Source of the DNA: Ignavibacteria bacterium
GTDB taxonomy: Bacteria; Bacteroidota; Ignavibacteria; Tepidaquicellales; OLB5
Reading direction: 5' to 3'
Assembly (NCBI GenBank): GCA_049516635.1
Contig: JBEKSX010000002.1
Coordinates: 3,768 to 67,767 of the forward strand
DNA: 64,000 nucleotides
Made by a program: the position numbers and the translations under genes. Below the pieces are notes generated by a model. It made no database searches and was not told where the DNA came from. It was given only the letters and a program-made list of their open reading frames with translations. Position 1 is the stretch's first letter. Each line of letters opens with the position of its first letter. Shown here one piece after another: positions 10,315-19,793 of this stretch.

Positions 10315-10344
10315 AAAAATACCCGATTGACGTGATATGTTTTT

Positions 10345-10674
10345 TTACTTCGTTTTTATGTTAGAGCTTACCTGTTGGGCTGCGGCAACAACATTATTTT
10401 CAGCTATTTCCGGCTGGTTCTGCTGTTCTTTTTTGGTCTTTTTCAGTATACCGTAAGGAATAATGACACAGTATCCCAGTACCAGTAATATGGGTGATAT
10501 TACGGTAGCAAGGGTTCCATCTACAGTATCTTCAGCCATGAGTATGTAACCGAGAACCAGTACAACTATGCCGATACCTATTATTATGTAATTTATCCTC
10601 TCAAAAGGAAAAGTAATTTCTTTTTTGGTTTTACCCTGTGTTTTTTTAACCTTTGATGCTGTCTTTGCTGCCAT
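10345..10674 (-). CDS. small membrane protein (DUF3098-like)
   Basis: The 109-aa ORF has a basic N-terminus, then F.F...NY.....G..V...GY.LM and a second TM helix. It resembles the FCB-group DUF3098 family by eye. Confidence 0.4.
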   Translation of the reverse strand: MAAKTASKVKKTQGKTKKEITFPFERINYIIIGIGIVVLVLGYILMAEDTVDGTLATVISPILLVLGYCVIIPYGILKKTKKEQQNQPEIAENNVVAAAQQVSSNIKTK

Positions 10675-10688
10675 TGTTTATTATATAT

Positions 10689-12062
10689 TTACTTTAAATT
10701 AGCAAGTTCATTGTAAAAAATCGAGGAAGTAATTATACCTCTTTGAAAATTATCCAGATCCATATGTTCATCGGGAGAATGCGAGTTTTCGTCGGGCAGA
10801 CCAAAACCGAGCAGAACGGCAGGCGCTTGAAGCTGTACCTGGAAAGTTTCTACTATGGGTATTGAACCGCCATTGCGTATGAATACAGGATCTTTACCGA
10901 ATGCCTGCTTAAGAGCTTTAAAGGCTGCCTTTATCCATTTGCTGTCCATGGGCGTTATTGCCGGTTTTCCGTGATGCAGACCTTTAACTTCTATCTTAAC
11001 CGTTTTCGGAGTAATTTTTTTTATGTAAGCTTCAAAAAGTTTTGCGATCTTTTCCGGTTCCTGATCGGGTACCAGACGCATACTTATTTTAGCATATGCT
11101 TTTGAAGGCAGTACGGTTTTTGCACCTTCACCTGTGAAGCCTCCCCATATGCCGTTGCAGTCGAGCGTAGGTCTTGACCACATTCGCTCTATTGTTGAGT
11201 ATCCCTGCTCACCGAACAGCTCTTCGACGCCAAGCCTTATCTTGAACGCTTTATCTTCGAACGGAAGCCTGGCTAGTTCTTTTCTCTCCATTTCACTGAG
11301 CACGCGGACGTCATCATAAAATCCGTCTATCAGTATTTTCCCATCCCTGTCCTTAAGCTTCGAGATTATATAGGAAAGTGCATTGATCGGGTTATCCACA
11401 GTACCACCGTAAGTTCCGGAATGAAGGTCATGGTTTGGACCCGTTACTTCTACCTGCATATAACACAAACCCCTTAACGCATAACAGATTGCCGGCATCT
11501 CATGGTCATACATGGCTGTATCGGAAATGACAACTACATCGGCTTTTAAAAGATCTTTATGGCTATCGATGAAATCTTCGAGATGTTCACTTCCAATTTC
11601 TTCTTCCCCTTCTACAATCATCTTTACATTCACCGGCAAAGACTTATTCATCTTCAGGTGAGCTTCGAGGGCTTCTATATGTATCAGCACCTGTCCCTTA
11701 TCATCGGCAGAACCGCGGGCAAAAATATTATTGCCTCTTATCTCAGGTTCAAAAGGCGGGGTTGTCCATAGCTCGATAGGATCAACCGGCTGAACATCAT
11801 AATGGCCATATATCAGAATTGTGGGTTTATCCTTTCCTGCATCAAGCCAATCGGAGTAGACGACGGGATGTCCTCCTGTGGGATATGCTTTAGCATTATG
11901 CATGCCGATGTTTTCAAAACGTTGTTTAATAAACTCCGCACATGCGGCAACATCACCTTTGTTTTCAGGATTGGTGCTTATACTCGGGAACCGCAGCAAT
12001 TCTTTCAGGTCTTCAAGATACCTGTTCCTGTTCGATTCGATAAACTTTAGGATTTCGTCCAT
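10689..12062 (-). CDS. M20-family dipeptidase
   Basis: The 457-aa ORF has the motifs GHYDVQP, RGS.DDKG and EGEEE.GS, and a C-terminal HSPDE typical of M20/ArgE/DapE-type dipeptidases. Confidence 0.85.
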   Translation of the reverse strand: MDEILKFIESNRNRYLEDLKELLRFPSISTNPENKGDVAACAEFIKQRFENIGMHNAKAYPTGGHPVVYSDWLDAGKDKPTILIYGHYDVQPVDPIELWTTPPFEPEIRGNNIFARGSADDKGQVLIHIEALEAHLKMNKSLPVNVKMIVEGEEEIGSEHLEDFIDSHKDLLKADVVVISDTAMYDHEMPAICYALRGLCYMQVEVTGPNHDLHSGTYGGTVDNPINALSYIISKLKDRDGKILIDGFYDDVRVLSEMERKELARLPFEDKAFKIRLGVEELFGEQGYSTIERMWSRPTLDCNGIWGGFTGEGAKTVLPSKAYAKISMRLVPDQEPEKIAKLFEAYIKKITPKTVKIEVKGLHHGKPAITPMDSKWIKAAFKALKQAFGKDPVFIRNGGSIPIVETFQVQLQAPAVLLGFGLPDENSHSPDEHMDLDNFQRGIITSSIFYNELANLK

Positions 12063-12068
12063 GAAGTC

Positions 12069-13556
12069 CTATTGCTTTCCCTGTAACTTAGCTAATTGGT
12101 CCTTTGCATCCTGATTGTCGGGTTGTATCTCAAGAACTTTTTGGTAAGCGGCTATTGCTTCCGGTCTCTTGCCCATCGCGGCATAACAGTTCCCTATCCA
12201 GAGATATGAATAAGCAAAACTCGGATCGATTTCGACGCTCTTCTGCAGCGGGACAAGGGCCTGATCGTAATTCTGGAGGTAGTAGTAGCATAACCCTTCA
12301 TAAACATAAACACCAAGGTTTTTTATCCCCAGGGCTAACGATTTGTCTATCCTGGTGAGTGCATCGTTATACTTCTGGTCGCTGAACAGCGCTTTACCAT
12401 ATTCAAAGTAGGCGTTCTCGTCCGTCGAATCCAGCGCTATTGCTTTATTGAAATATGTATATGCCTTCGTGAATTCTTTCTGGTCAACGAATATTTTTGC
12501 GTATTTTGTATAGTCTTCAGAGTTAAAATCTTCGGGTTTAATTTTATCAAAATATGCTTGTGCCTGATCGTAATCTTTCTTCTCAATGTAAATGTACGCT
12601 TTATATTTGTTCGCTTCGCTGGAACTCGGGTCTGTCTTTAACACTTCGTCAAGGAGCGTCATTGCAGAGTCGAGCTTTCCCATGGCATAATAGGTTTTAG
12701 CATAATATGTTTCCCCTCTGGTTGAGCCGGGTCTCAGCTCTGCGTATTTCTTGAATGCATCGAGTGCCGAGTTATAATCATCCGCAAGATATAGTATCAA
12801 ACCCTTTTCAAAATATGCATTTGCATATTGATTATCGGCACTGATAGCTTTTGAGTAGAAATCGAGTGCATCATTATACTTTTTCTGTTTGTAAGCTACC
12901 ATTCCCAGTCCGTAATATGCCGGTGCAAAATTGTGCATCTTGTTCAGTGCAAGCTTATAATTATTTACAGCCGGCTCTAAAGCTCCCCTGACCAGGTAAG
13001 CATCCCCCAGACCTACATAGATGAGGGGGTTATTAATATCATATGTCTTTGCCTGCGTCAGCGAAGCAATGGCTTTATCCACTTTTCCTGCAGCAATGGA
13101 ATTATCAGCTTCCTGGCTTAAGATCTCCACGATCAAAGAAATTTCACTTTTATCGAGGTCTTCGGCGGTTTTATTTAATGGCAAAAACTTCTTAGCTTCA
13201 GCAAATTTTGACGCCGCATCGTCATACTTTTTCTGTTCAGAATATACCTCGCCTAAAATTTCATAAGCTTCGGGTCTTTCATTATCTATCCCGACAGCAT
13301 TGTTTAAATATTTCTCAGCTTCTGCAAGTGAACCGGTCTTCTGCAGAGCAATGCCATAGTAAAGATTCGCATTATATGAATTTTGATCTGTACCCACTGC
13401 CGATTTGAGGAGCCCGACTGCAGTAATATAATCTCCCTGTTTGACCGCAGCGATTCCTTGCTCCAGCTTATCCTGCGAATAACTCTGAACAACACCAAAT
13501 ATGCAAATTAACGCCAGCGCTATTAAAATATTTTTTTTGCTCACAAATTTGTACAT
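12069..13556 (-). CDS. TPR-repeat protein
   Basis: The 495-aa ORF has a signal peptide and more than 10 TPR units (A...Y.KA....P....AY...G). Confidence 0.75.
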   Translation of the reverse strand: MYKFVSKKNILIALALICIFGVVQSYSQDKLEQGIAAVKQGDYITAVGLLKSAVGTDQNSYNANLYYGIALQKTGSLAEAEKYLNNAVGIDNERPEAYEILGEVYSEQKKYDDAASKFAEAKKFLPLNKTAEDLDKSEISLIVEILSQEADNSIAAGKVDKAIASLTQAKTYDINNPLIYVGLGDAYLVRGALEPAVNNYKLALNKMHNFAPAYYGLGMVAYKQKKYNDALDFYSKAISADNQYANAYFEKGLILYLADDYNSALDAFKKYAELRPGSTRGETYYAKTYYAMGKLDSAMTLLDEVLKTDPSSSEANKYKAYIYIEKKDYDQAQAYFDKIKPEDFNSEDYTKYAKIFVDQKEFTKAYTYFNKAIALDSTDENAYFEYGKALFSDQKYNDALTRIDKSLALGIKNLGVYVYEGLCYYYLQNYDQALVPLQKSVEIDPSFAYSYLWIGNCYAAMGKRPEAIAAYQKVLEIQPDNQDAKDQLAKLQGKQ

Positions 13557-13571
13557 AATTAAAAATTTAAT

Positions 13572-14537
13572 TTAGTTTAGTTGTATAATTCTTACGGGCT
13601 GTGTAACAGGAACAAGCCCGGAATTCAAAATAATCTTCTGACCATCATAAGATAAAAGGAAACTTACAAATCCGGAGGTGACATCCAGGTCGTAGTCGCG
13701 TGAGTAAATGTAGTTTTCTACAACCAGCGGGTAGGTCCGTTCGGCAATGTACGCCTGGTGCAGTCCCACATAGTCACCGATGTGTCCCGCCGAATCTACC
13801 GGGGCTATTCTTAGCGGCTTTACAAGAGTATCAAGGGTATCTGCAAAATGAGTTATCCAGCTCATGGTTATGAACCCTATCGCTCTATCGTTATTTTGTA
13901 TCTCATTCAGCATTTGTGTAGAAGTACTGCAAACCATGTCATTCTTCGAATATTCCCGGTTACCAAGTGCTTTCAATTTAAAAATGTCATGTATTGACGC
14001 GTTCGGGCGGGCTATAAATACTTTTATTTTACCTTTGTAAATATCCTTGTTATCACCGTCGAGGTCTTTCCACTCCGTTGTTTCCCCTGTGAATATTCTC
14101 TTTAGCTCGTTATAATTAAGTTTCTTAACAGGGTTTCCGGGATTCACGATGACGCCGATGCCGTCAAGAGCAAGTTTGTTCTTCCTCATTTCGACCTTGT
14201 ATTTGGCGATATGGTCGGTCTCTTCCTGGTTAAAGCCGCCGTTGGTAATGATAGTCTTGATATCGCCGTTCAGCAGGTCAGCCGTAAGTTCTCGCGTGGT
14301 TTTGATCTTCAGATCGATCTTCGATTCAGGGTTCAGCCTCATGAACTCATCCGCTTCTTTCTTTATCAGCTGTGCCTCGGATTCGTCCACGCCGATTGTC
14401 GTCTGCCCAATCGTAGTGACGGATTTAACTTTACCGTAATCACAGGCGAAATAGATAAAAGAACAGAGCACAAATATCAAGAACCAGAAGTAATTGTTAT
14501 TTATTTTGTTCATGGCTTTTTTTGATGGAGAATTCAT
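13572..14537 (-). CDS. PstS-like periplasmic substrate-binding domain protein
   Basis: The 321-aa ORF has an N-terminal membrane anchor and a PBP-like domain, with ...ELKRIFTGE...W..L typical of the PstS/PBP_like_2 family. Confidence 0.6.
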   Translation of the reverse strand: MNSPSKKAMNKINNNYFWFLIFVLCSFIYFACDYGKVKSVTTIGQTTIGVDESEAQLIKKEADEFMRLNPESKIDLKIKTTRELTADLLNGDIKTIITNGGFNQEETDHIAKYKVEMRKNKLALDGIGVIVNPGNPVKKLNYNELKRIFTGETTEWKDLDGDNKDIYKGKIKVFIARPNASIHDIFKLKALGNREYSKNDMVCSTSTQMLNEIQNNDRAIGFITMSWITHFADTLDTLVKPLRIAPVDSAGHIGDYVGLHQAYIAERTYPLVVENYIYSRDYDLDVTSGFVSFLLSYDGQKIILNSGLVPVTQPVRIIQLN

Positions 14538-14552
14538 GGTTGCTTTTCATTA

Positions 14553-14768
14553 TCATTTTTCTTCTGAATTCCCTGCGTTCTTAATCTTGAAAAAAGTATT
14601 AACCGCCCTGAAGATCCCGTATATAAGCAGAAGACCGCCGAATGAGTACTGGAGAGTGGAATTGTTCCTGAAGTAGCCTGTGTGAAAAAAAACACCGCTT
14701 AAAATAAGAATTCCCATCACCGTGAAGATGAGGGAAATCGTAAATGATAAATAATTATATATTTTCAA
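14553..14768 (-). CDS. hypothetical small membrane protein
   Basis: The 71-aa ORF has two predicted TM helices and is packed between the TonB and PstS-like genes on the same strand. Confidence 0.35.
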   Translation of the reverse strand: MKIYNYLSFTISLIFTVMGILILSGVFFHTGYFRNNSTLQYSFGGLLLIYGIFRAVNTFFKIKNAGNSEEK

Positions 14769-14801
14769 GAACTAAAACCCGCTCCTGAAATCCGGGGGCT
14801 A

Positions 14802-15605
14802 TTAATTTTTCAGCTTGAAATTGAACGGAACAGTTACCCAGACCTTCACCGGTTTGCCGTTCTGAAGGCCGGGCGTAAACTGGAGGTTCATGGATTTATC
14901 TCTCACTTCATCCGAAAAAACGTCGGGACCGGATATAGAACCAACCTTCTCAACACTTCCGTCGGTGCCCACGAGAACCTTTACCGTAACCTTTCCTTCT
15001 ATACCTGCCTGCCTTGCTACTTCAGGATATATCATCGAACCTTTTACCTGGGATAAATTAACACACTCCGGCGGTTTCTCGACCTCAAATGACTGGTATA
15101 CTGTCTTTTCTACAGTCTCCTTCTTTTCTATCTTTTCTTCCACCTTCTTTTCTTCCACTTTTACAGGACCCGAATATGTGAACTTTCCGGAATCACCGGT
15201 GCTCGAAACAGGCGTCTTTATCGCCTCAAGCTCTGCCTGCGTCTTGATCGTCTGTTCCTCAGCTTTTTCCTTTGCTACGGGTTCAGGTGTTAATGCCGTG
15301 AGGTCTTTGGGAGGTGCAGCTGTCACTTCTTCGATCTTGGGCGGAGGAGGTGTATCTTCATCTGTTGCAGACGGCGGCGGTTCGAGATCGGTCAGATTAA
15401 TTATCCTCTGCTGCTGCTGCTGTTTTATAAGATTCTCTGCATGTAATTTGTTCAGATAATTAATGAACATATAGGATGATATGAACACTACATGAACAAC
15501 AAGCGCGAGTATCAGCCCTCTCGAAAAATTCCGCTGGTATGTCTTCTTAAGTTCCGGCGCACCGTAATCTACATCTGTTAATATCTCTATGTTATCGGTA
15601 ACCAT
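14802..15605 (-). CDS. tonB: energy transducer TonB
   Basis: The 267-aa ORF has an N-terminal TM anchor, a Pro/Glu/Lys-rich spacer and the C-terminal TonB domain YPEVARQAGIEGKVTVKVLVGTDGSV. Confidence 0.8.
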   Translation of the reverse strand: MVTDNIEILTDVDYGAPELKKTYQRNFSRGLILALVVHVVFISSYMFINYLNKLHAENLIKQQQQQRIINLTDLEPPPSATDEDTPPPPKIEEVTAAPPKDLTALTPEPVAKEKAEEQTIKTQAELEAIKTPVSSTGDSGKFTYSGPVKVEEKKVEEKIEKKETVEKTVYQSFEVEKPPECVNLSQVKGSMIYPEVARQAGIEGKVTVKVLVGTDGSVEKVGSISGPDVFSDEVRDKSMNLQFTPGLQNGKPVKVWVTVPFNFKLKN

Positions 15606-15756
15606 TGGGACTCCTATTGATTGTATGATTTAATATTGATTTTATTCTGATATTTATACGATTTTCTGTAAAAAATGTTCCTTTTAATAAAAAAACAAAA
15701 ATTACATTAAGCATTATAGATAAAAATGTAAATAAATACAATTTATAATGCAGAGG

Positions 15757-16056
15757 CTAATATACATCGCCGTATAGTAAAACAACAAAATTCTGAGCAA
15801 AATTCATTAATTCGCGGGATGCCCTTTTACCTTCGGGTGACCCCATAGCTTCGTTCAACCGGTCCATATTTTCAAAGTACATTTCATCCATCATATAATA
15901 TTTTGTGTCCCCTCCCTGCAATCCCGAAAAACGTGTGGTCTCTACTTTGACCAGACCGTTGATTTTTCGAACCAGGGGAAGATAATCGTTAAAATAATGT
16001 TTTTCAAATAGTTCAATGTCAGGAGGGGTTTTGTAAAGAGAGGTTAGCTTAACCAT
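15757..16056 (-). CDS. EthD-family (TIGR02118-like) protein
   Basis: The 99-aa ORF begins MVKLTSLYK.P.D...FEKHY...YLPLV, typical of EthD/TIGR02118 small dimeric alpha-beta barrel proteins. Confidence 0.55.
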   Translation of the reverse strand: MVKLTSLYKTPPDIELFEKHYFNDYLPLVRKINGLVKVETTRFSGLQGGDTKYYMMDEMYFENMDRLNEAMGSPEGKRASRELMNFAQNFVVLLYGDVY

Positions 16057-16068
16057 GCATCAAAAGAC

Positions 16069-17169
16069 TTATTTATCTTTATTGGGCGGAAAATAAGGCA
16101 GTATTCCTCCCGGGTTATATACAAGCTTCTTAATAAGTTCGGGACTCACGCTCACATCTGTGTTTTCCTGCGTGTCTTCTTCGGTGATCCCGAAATATTC
16201 TGAAAGGTCTTTTTCGAAAGAATCGTTTATGACCTGTGTTGTGGTTCTGGATGGATCCAGTCTGTCACTTTTCAGTTCAGTAAAATCCATCATAAGAGGT
16301 ACCTGTTGTTTTTCCGGGATGTCATCGGTATTGCCAACATTGAATCCTATTCTTGGAATGACAGCCGGGTCTATAACGAACCTTTTCGGCGGATTAAAGA
16401 AATATTTCCCTTCATAAACCGAATTAAGATTATATGCAAGCAGGCTCTGGTAATCGTCTTTCATATACTCCCGGTCATTCTTGAAGTCCGGCGGAGTAAA
16501 TGCAACCACACGTGCACTCTTGCCCCTGTGAGCAAGGACCAGTGTCCCTATCGGGCATTCACGGAATAAAGCTTTTGCGTCTTCATACCTCATCCTTATG
16601 CATCCGTGCGAAGAAGGCCTGACGCCGAGATTCCCGTAATAACCTGTTCCAGCAAGACTGTGGAACCCGATGCCCATATTGAATGGCATATAATTATACA
16701 TCTTAGCATCATCGAACTGCGATGACAGGTGAAGCTCTTCCTTGTGAAATATTGCGAATAGTCCGGGGCGTGATTCGATCCCTTTGTTCAGAAATTTATT
16801 TCCGCTGGAAATAGGGTAACGTTTTATTCTGCCGTCCCTGTAATGAACATACAGCTGCTGCTCGTCTATTCTCAGCTCGAGCCAATTATCCATATCGGTA
16901 TAGACTGTATCGCGCAGTTCGCTCGAGAACTCTTCACCCGTAAGGAGTGCCATGAAATCTATCCTGGGACCGAGTGTCTCATCATTCAGTGCGGGATCCG
17001 AATCCGTAATTTTATCCTTTTCATTCCCGGTAGAAACTATCTGTGAAAAACCGATAAACATCCATACGGCAAAAACAAGCGGTATAAAAAGGACAAGCAT
17101 GTTCGTCTTTTTGCATTCTTCCGTTTTTCCCTGGTTCTCCGTTTGTATATTATTATTGTTATTTTCCAA
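16069..17169 (-). CDS. L,D-transpeptidase (YkuD domain) protein
   Basis: The 366-aa ORF has an N-terminal TM anchor and the catalytic YkuD motif SSHGCIRM. Confidence 0.8.
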   Translation of the reverse strand: MENNNNNIQTENQGKTEECKKTNMLVLFIPLVFAVWMFIGFSQIVSTGNEKDKITDSDPALNDETLGPRIDFMALLTGEEFSSELRDTVYTDMDNWLELRIDEQQLYVHYRDGRIKRYPISSGNKFLNKGIESRPGLFAIFHKEELHLSSQFDDAKMYNYMPFNMGIGFHSLAGTGYYGNLGVRPSSHGCIRMRYEDAKALFRECPIGTLVLAHRGKSARVVAFTPPDFKNDREYMKDDYQSLLAYNLNSVYEGKYFFNPPKRFVIDPAVIPRIGFNVGNTDDIPEKQQVPLMMDFTELKSDRLDPSRTTTQVINDSFEKDLSEYFGITEEDTQENTDVSVSPELIKKLVYNPGGILPYFPPNKDK

Positions 17170-17259
17170 AATAAAAAATATTCAAGAATATAGATGATAA
17201 ACCCTGAAGCATGTTAGTGTGTTCCATTCCGCAAATTTTTCCCGCCGCAATGGGGGAAG

Positions 17260-17315
17260 GCCTGCCTGCCCTAATAGAGGGTCCACCTTTTAACGGGTGG
17301 GTTGGACAGGCAGGC
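17260..17315. repeat. GC-rich nested-hairpin element (CCTGCCTG...CAGGCAGG type)
   Basis: The outer 9-bp stem gcctgcctg/caggcaggc encloses two inner hairpins, ccc-taataga-ggg and ccacc-ttttaacg-ggtgg. It lies just downstream of the gltA stop. The outer stem and the ctaatag loop recur inside the tRNA-like copies at 4268-4309 and 4421-4437. Confidence 0.5.
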
Positions 17316-17376
17316 GGTTGAGATTAAACTCTGATATATTCCCTATAATCAGCTCGCTTACCCGTATACAAATATA

Positions 17377-18660
17377 CTAATGTTGAACGGCTCTTACAAG
17401 CCAGTCCGAAGTAACTGATTTTGGCCTGTGTATCGGGAATCCCGCAGCCCTGTCAAGAATAAGCTGTGCCGTTAATCCCAGCACCCTGGAAACACCGAAC
17501 AGCAGCGTATAATAATCAAACTCTGTGATTCCGAAATAATGCAGCAGCGCTCCCGATGATGCGTCTACGTTAGGCCATGGATTTTTTGCCTTGCCGCCTT
17601 CCATCAATACCTTCGGCACTATCTCGAACAGTTTTTCGACTATCCTGAAGCAATCATCCTCAGGCATAACACGCTTGCCGTATTCAAGGAACGCAGTAAA
17701 CCTGGGGTCGGTGACTCTCAATACCGCATGACCGTAGCCGGGTATCACCCTTCCGCTCGAAAGCGTTTCTACAACATAATCCCTCAGTGATTTATCATCC
17801 GGCACACCGCCAAACTTTTGGTGCACATCCAGAACAAATCGTATCCCTTCCTGGTTCGCAAGTCCGTGAAGCGGACCCGCCAGACCGCACAACCCCGCTA
17901 CAACGGAATAGTACGGGTCGGCAAGAGCCGAGTTCACTACATGGCACGTACGCGCGCTTACGTTTCCCCCTTCGTGATCGCAGTGAAGAACCATGAACAG
18001 TCGCATCAGGTTCTTAAACTCATCCGGATTTTTTTCCACTCCCATCATGTTAGCGAAGTCTGCTGCCCAATCGAGGTCCATTTTAGAACTGATCAGGGGA
18101 CCTTTATCAAATCTCAGCCTGTATATTCCCGCCGCTAGCGTGGGAAGCATCGCTATCAGATCCAGCGAATCCTCAAGTGCATATTCCCAAAATTTATCTT
18201 TCTTCATACCGCGTGAATAATTGTAAGCAAACTTCGATTCACGCTCAAGAATTGCGATGCAGGAGATCAATATCGTCATCGGGTGCGGGTCATCCTTTAT
18301 CAAACAGGTCTTTAATGTTGACCACAGGTACTGAGGAACTTTGGAACGTGCTTTTAATTCTGACTGGAGGTCTTCGAGCTCTGCCTTCGTCGGAAGATCA
18401 CCGGTCAGAAGCAAAAAATAAATTTCTTCGGGTAACTTTTCCGTTAGCTCTTTTATCGGGTAACCCCTGATGATCAATCCCTGGTCGACGATCACTTCAG
18501 ATGTATCGCACAACAAAGATTTCACGCCTCTTAACCCGCCAAGCAGCTGCCCGACAGTAACATCGGAAATAACCTTTGTACCGTAATTTTCGATCAGGCT
18601 GTGTGTTCTCTCACGAAGCTGAGGTATCTGTGATGCTAATTTTTCTTTTAATAATGACAA
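17377..18660 (-). CDS. gltA: citrate synthase
   Basis: The 427-aa ORF has the signatures HCDHEGGNVSA, GYGHAVLR and the GPLHGLANQ region diagnostic of type I citrate (Si)-synthase. Confidence 0.9.
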   Translation of the reverse strand: MSLLKEKLASQIPQLRERTHSLIENYGTKVISDVTVGQLLGGLRGVKSLLCDTSEVIVDQGLIIRGYPIKELTEKLPEEIYFLLLTGDLPTKAELEDLQSELKARSKVPQYLWSTLKTCLIKDDPHPMTILISCIAILERESKFAYNYSRGMKKDKFWEYALEDSLDLIAMLPTLAAGIYRLRFDKGPLISSKMDLDWAADFANMMGVEKNPDEFKNLMRLFMVLHCDHEGGNVSARTCHVVNSALADPYYSVVAGLCGLAGPLHGLANQEGIRFVLDVHQKFGGVPDDKSLRDYVVETLSSGRVIPGYGHAVLRVTDPRFTAFLEYGKRVMPEDDCFRIVEKLFEIVPKVLMEGGKAKNPWPNVDASSGALLHYFGITEFDYYTLLFGVSRVLGLTAQLILDRAAGFPIHRPKSVTSDWLVRAVQH

Positions 18661-19082
18661 CTTTTTGTTCCCCTAAGAGTTAAAATACATTTTAAGGATA
18701 GCAAATATATTTAGATTTTCTATAATTATAAAGGGTAAAGTTATTTTTATTATACTTTATTTCCTGTTGATACAAGCCTCACGCTGATTGAATTCCAGAA
18801 CTCTTTCTTATTGCTGCATCTGTTAATCCCAATAAATACAATAACTTATATCGTTATCAGGAACTGTATTAATAAATCAGTCATATCACCTCAAGAGATC
18901 ACACAAATTATAACAAAAAAATCTTTTTTACAAAAGGCAGGAACCGGGAATATAATGGAGCTGGTCCGGCTTGATACGAATACTTACGAATTCGGTGGCT
19001 GCCGGGAATGGCTTAAAAGATTTTTTTATAGAGCTGTGTAGTACAAATTGTCCCCCCTTTACGAAAGGGGGGGTAGGGGGGT

Positions 19083-19706
19083 TCAATTTATATTATTAAC
19101 TATTTTTCTAGCCTTTTCTCGGTAAGTTTCATAATTTCCCAACGAATACTTATAATGCCTATAAAATGGTATTAACGGCCTGTTTAGTTTATTTTCATCA
19201 GGGGGGATTGGAATACTGGTTTTACATTCGTAAAATTCTATAGGTTTATAATAAATAGAATTATTGAACCTTAAAGCTTTATATAAGCATTCAGACGTAA
19301 GCAGAACAGGAATATCCGTGTGAAACCTACTCAACTCTATTTTCAGATAAGGTATCCAATATTCTGCTACTTGGTACCAAATTTTGTTTTTAGCAGTTTC
19401 TTTTTGGAAATAGTTCTTACACAGATTTTGGCAGTAAACATTATCTAGGTTTAATCCGATTTGATTCAATTGTGATTTGATTCTTTCAATTGATGAATTG
19501 AAAATATTCTTATGACTTTCTATTGCAAACACATACTTTAAAGTGTTTGAATGTCTGTTACTTGGATCACATCCTAAAAGTATCGATTTCGGATTTTTAA
19601 TATCTGGTTTATAAGCAGATGGAAATGGGTAGTTATTTAATATTTCATCACCAAATCTGCCTTTAAGCTCTTTTAAAATTGTTAAATCTTCTTCTAATTT
19701 CATCAT
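19083..19706 (-). CDS. hypothetical protein with uracil-DNA-glycosylase-superfamily-like motifs
   Basis: The 207-aa ORF has LLGCDPS (res 43-49, motif A-like), NVYCQNLCKNY (res 89-99, like family-4 ..TN..KC), IPVLLTS (res 132-138) and FYRHYKYS (res 181-188, motif B His-like), in the order and spacing of the UDG fold. This is a motif-level inference only. Confidence 0.45.
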   Translation of the reverse strand: MMKLEEDLTILKELKGRFGDEILNNYPFPSAYKPDIKNPKSILLGCDPSNRHSNTLKYVFAIESHKNIFNSSIERIKSQLNQIGLNLDNVYCQNLCKNYFQKETAKNKIWYQVAEYWIPYLKIELSRFHTDIPVLLTSECLYKALRFNNSIYYKPIEFYECKTSIPIPPDENKLNRPLIPFYRHYKYSLGNYETYREKARKIVNNIN

Positions 19707-19793
19707 TTTAATGTTTTTTTATTAAAATAGTCCCCTTTACAAACTTTATAAACTTTTAAACCTTATAAACTTTACTAACTGCTGATTTTCAAC

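Noticed and set aside
14890-15459. A 189-aa plus-strand ORF with Ser/Gly/Cys runs.
   Set aside because: It is antisense to the Pro/Glu/Lys-rich spacer of tonB and is a compositional artefact.
18811-19041. A 76-aa plus-strand ORF in the gltA-island spacer.
   Set aside because: It has no motif support, odd composition and no plausible start context. I treat the interval as non-coding flank of the island.
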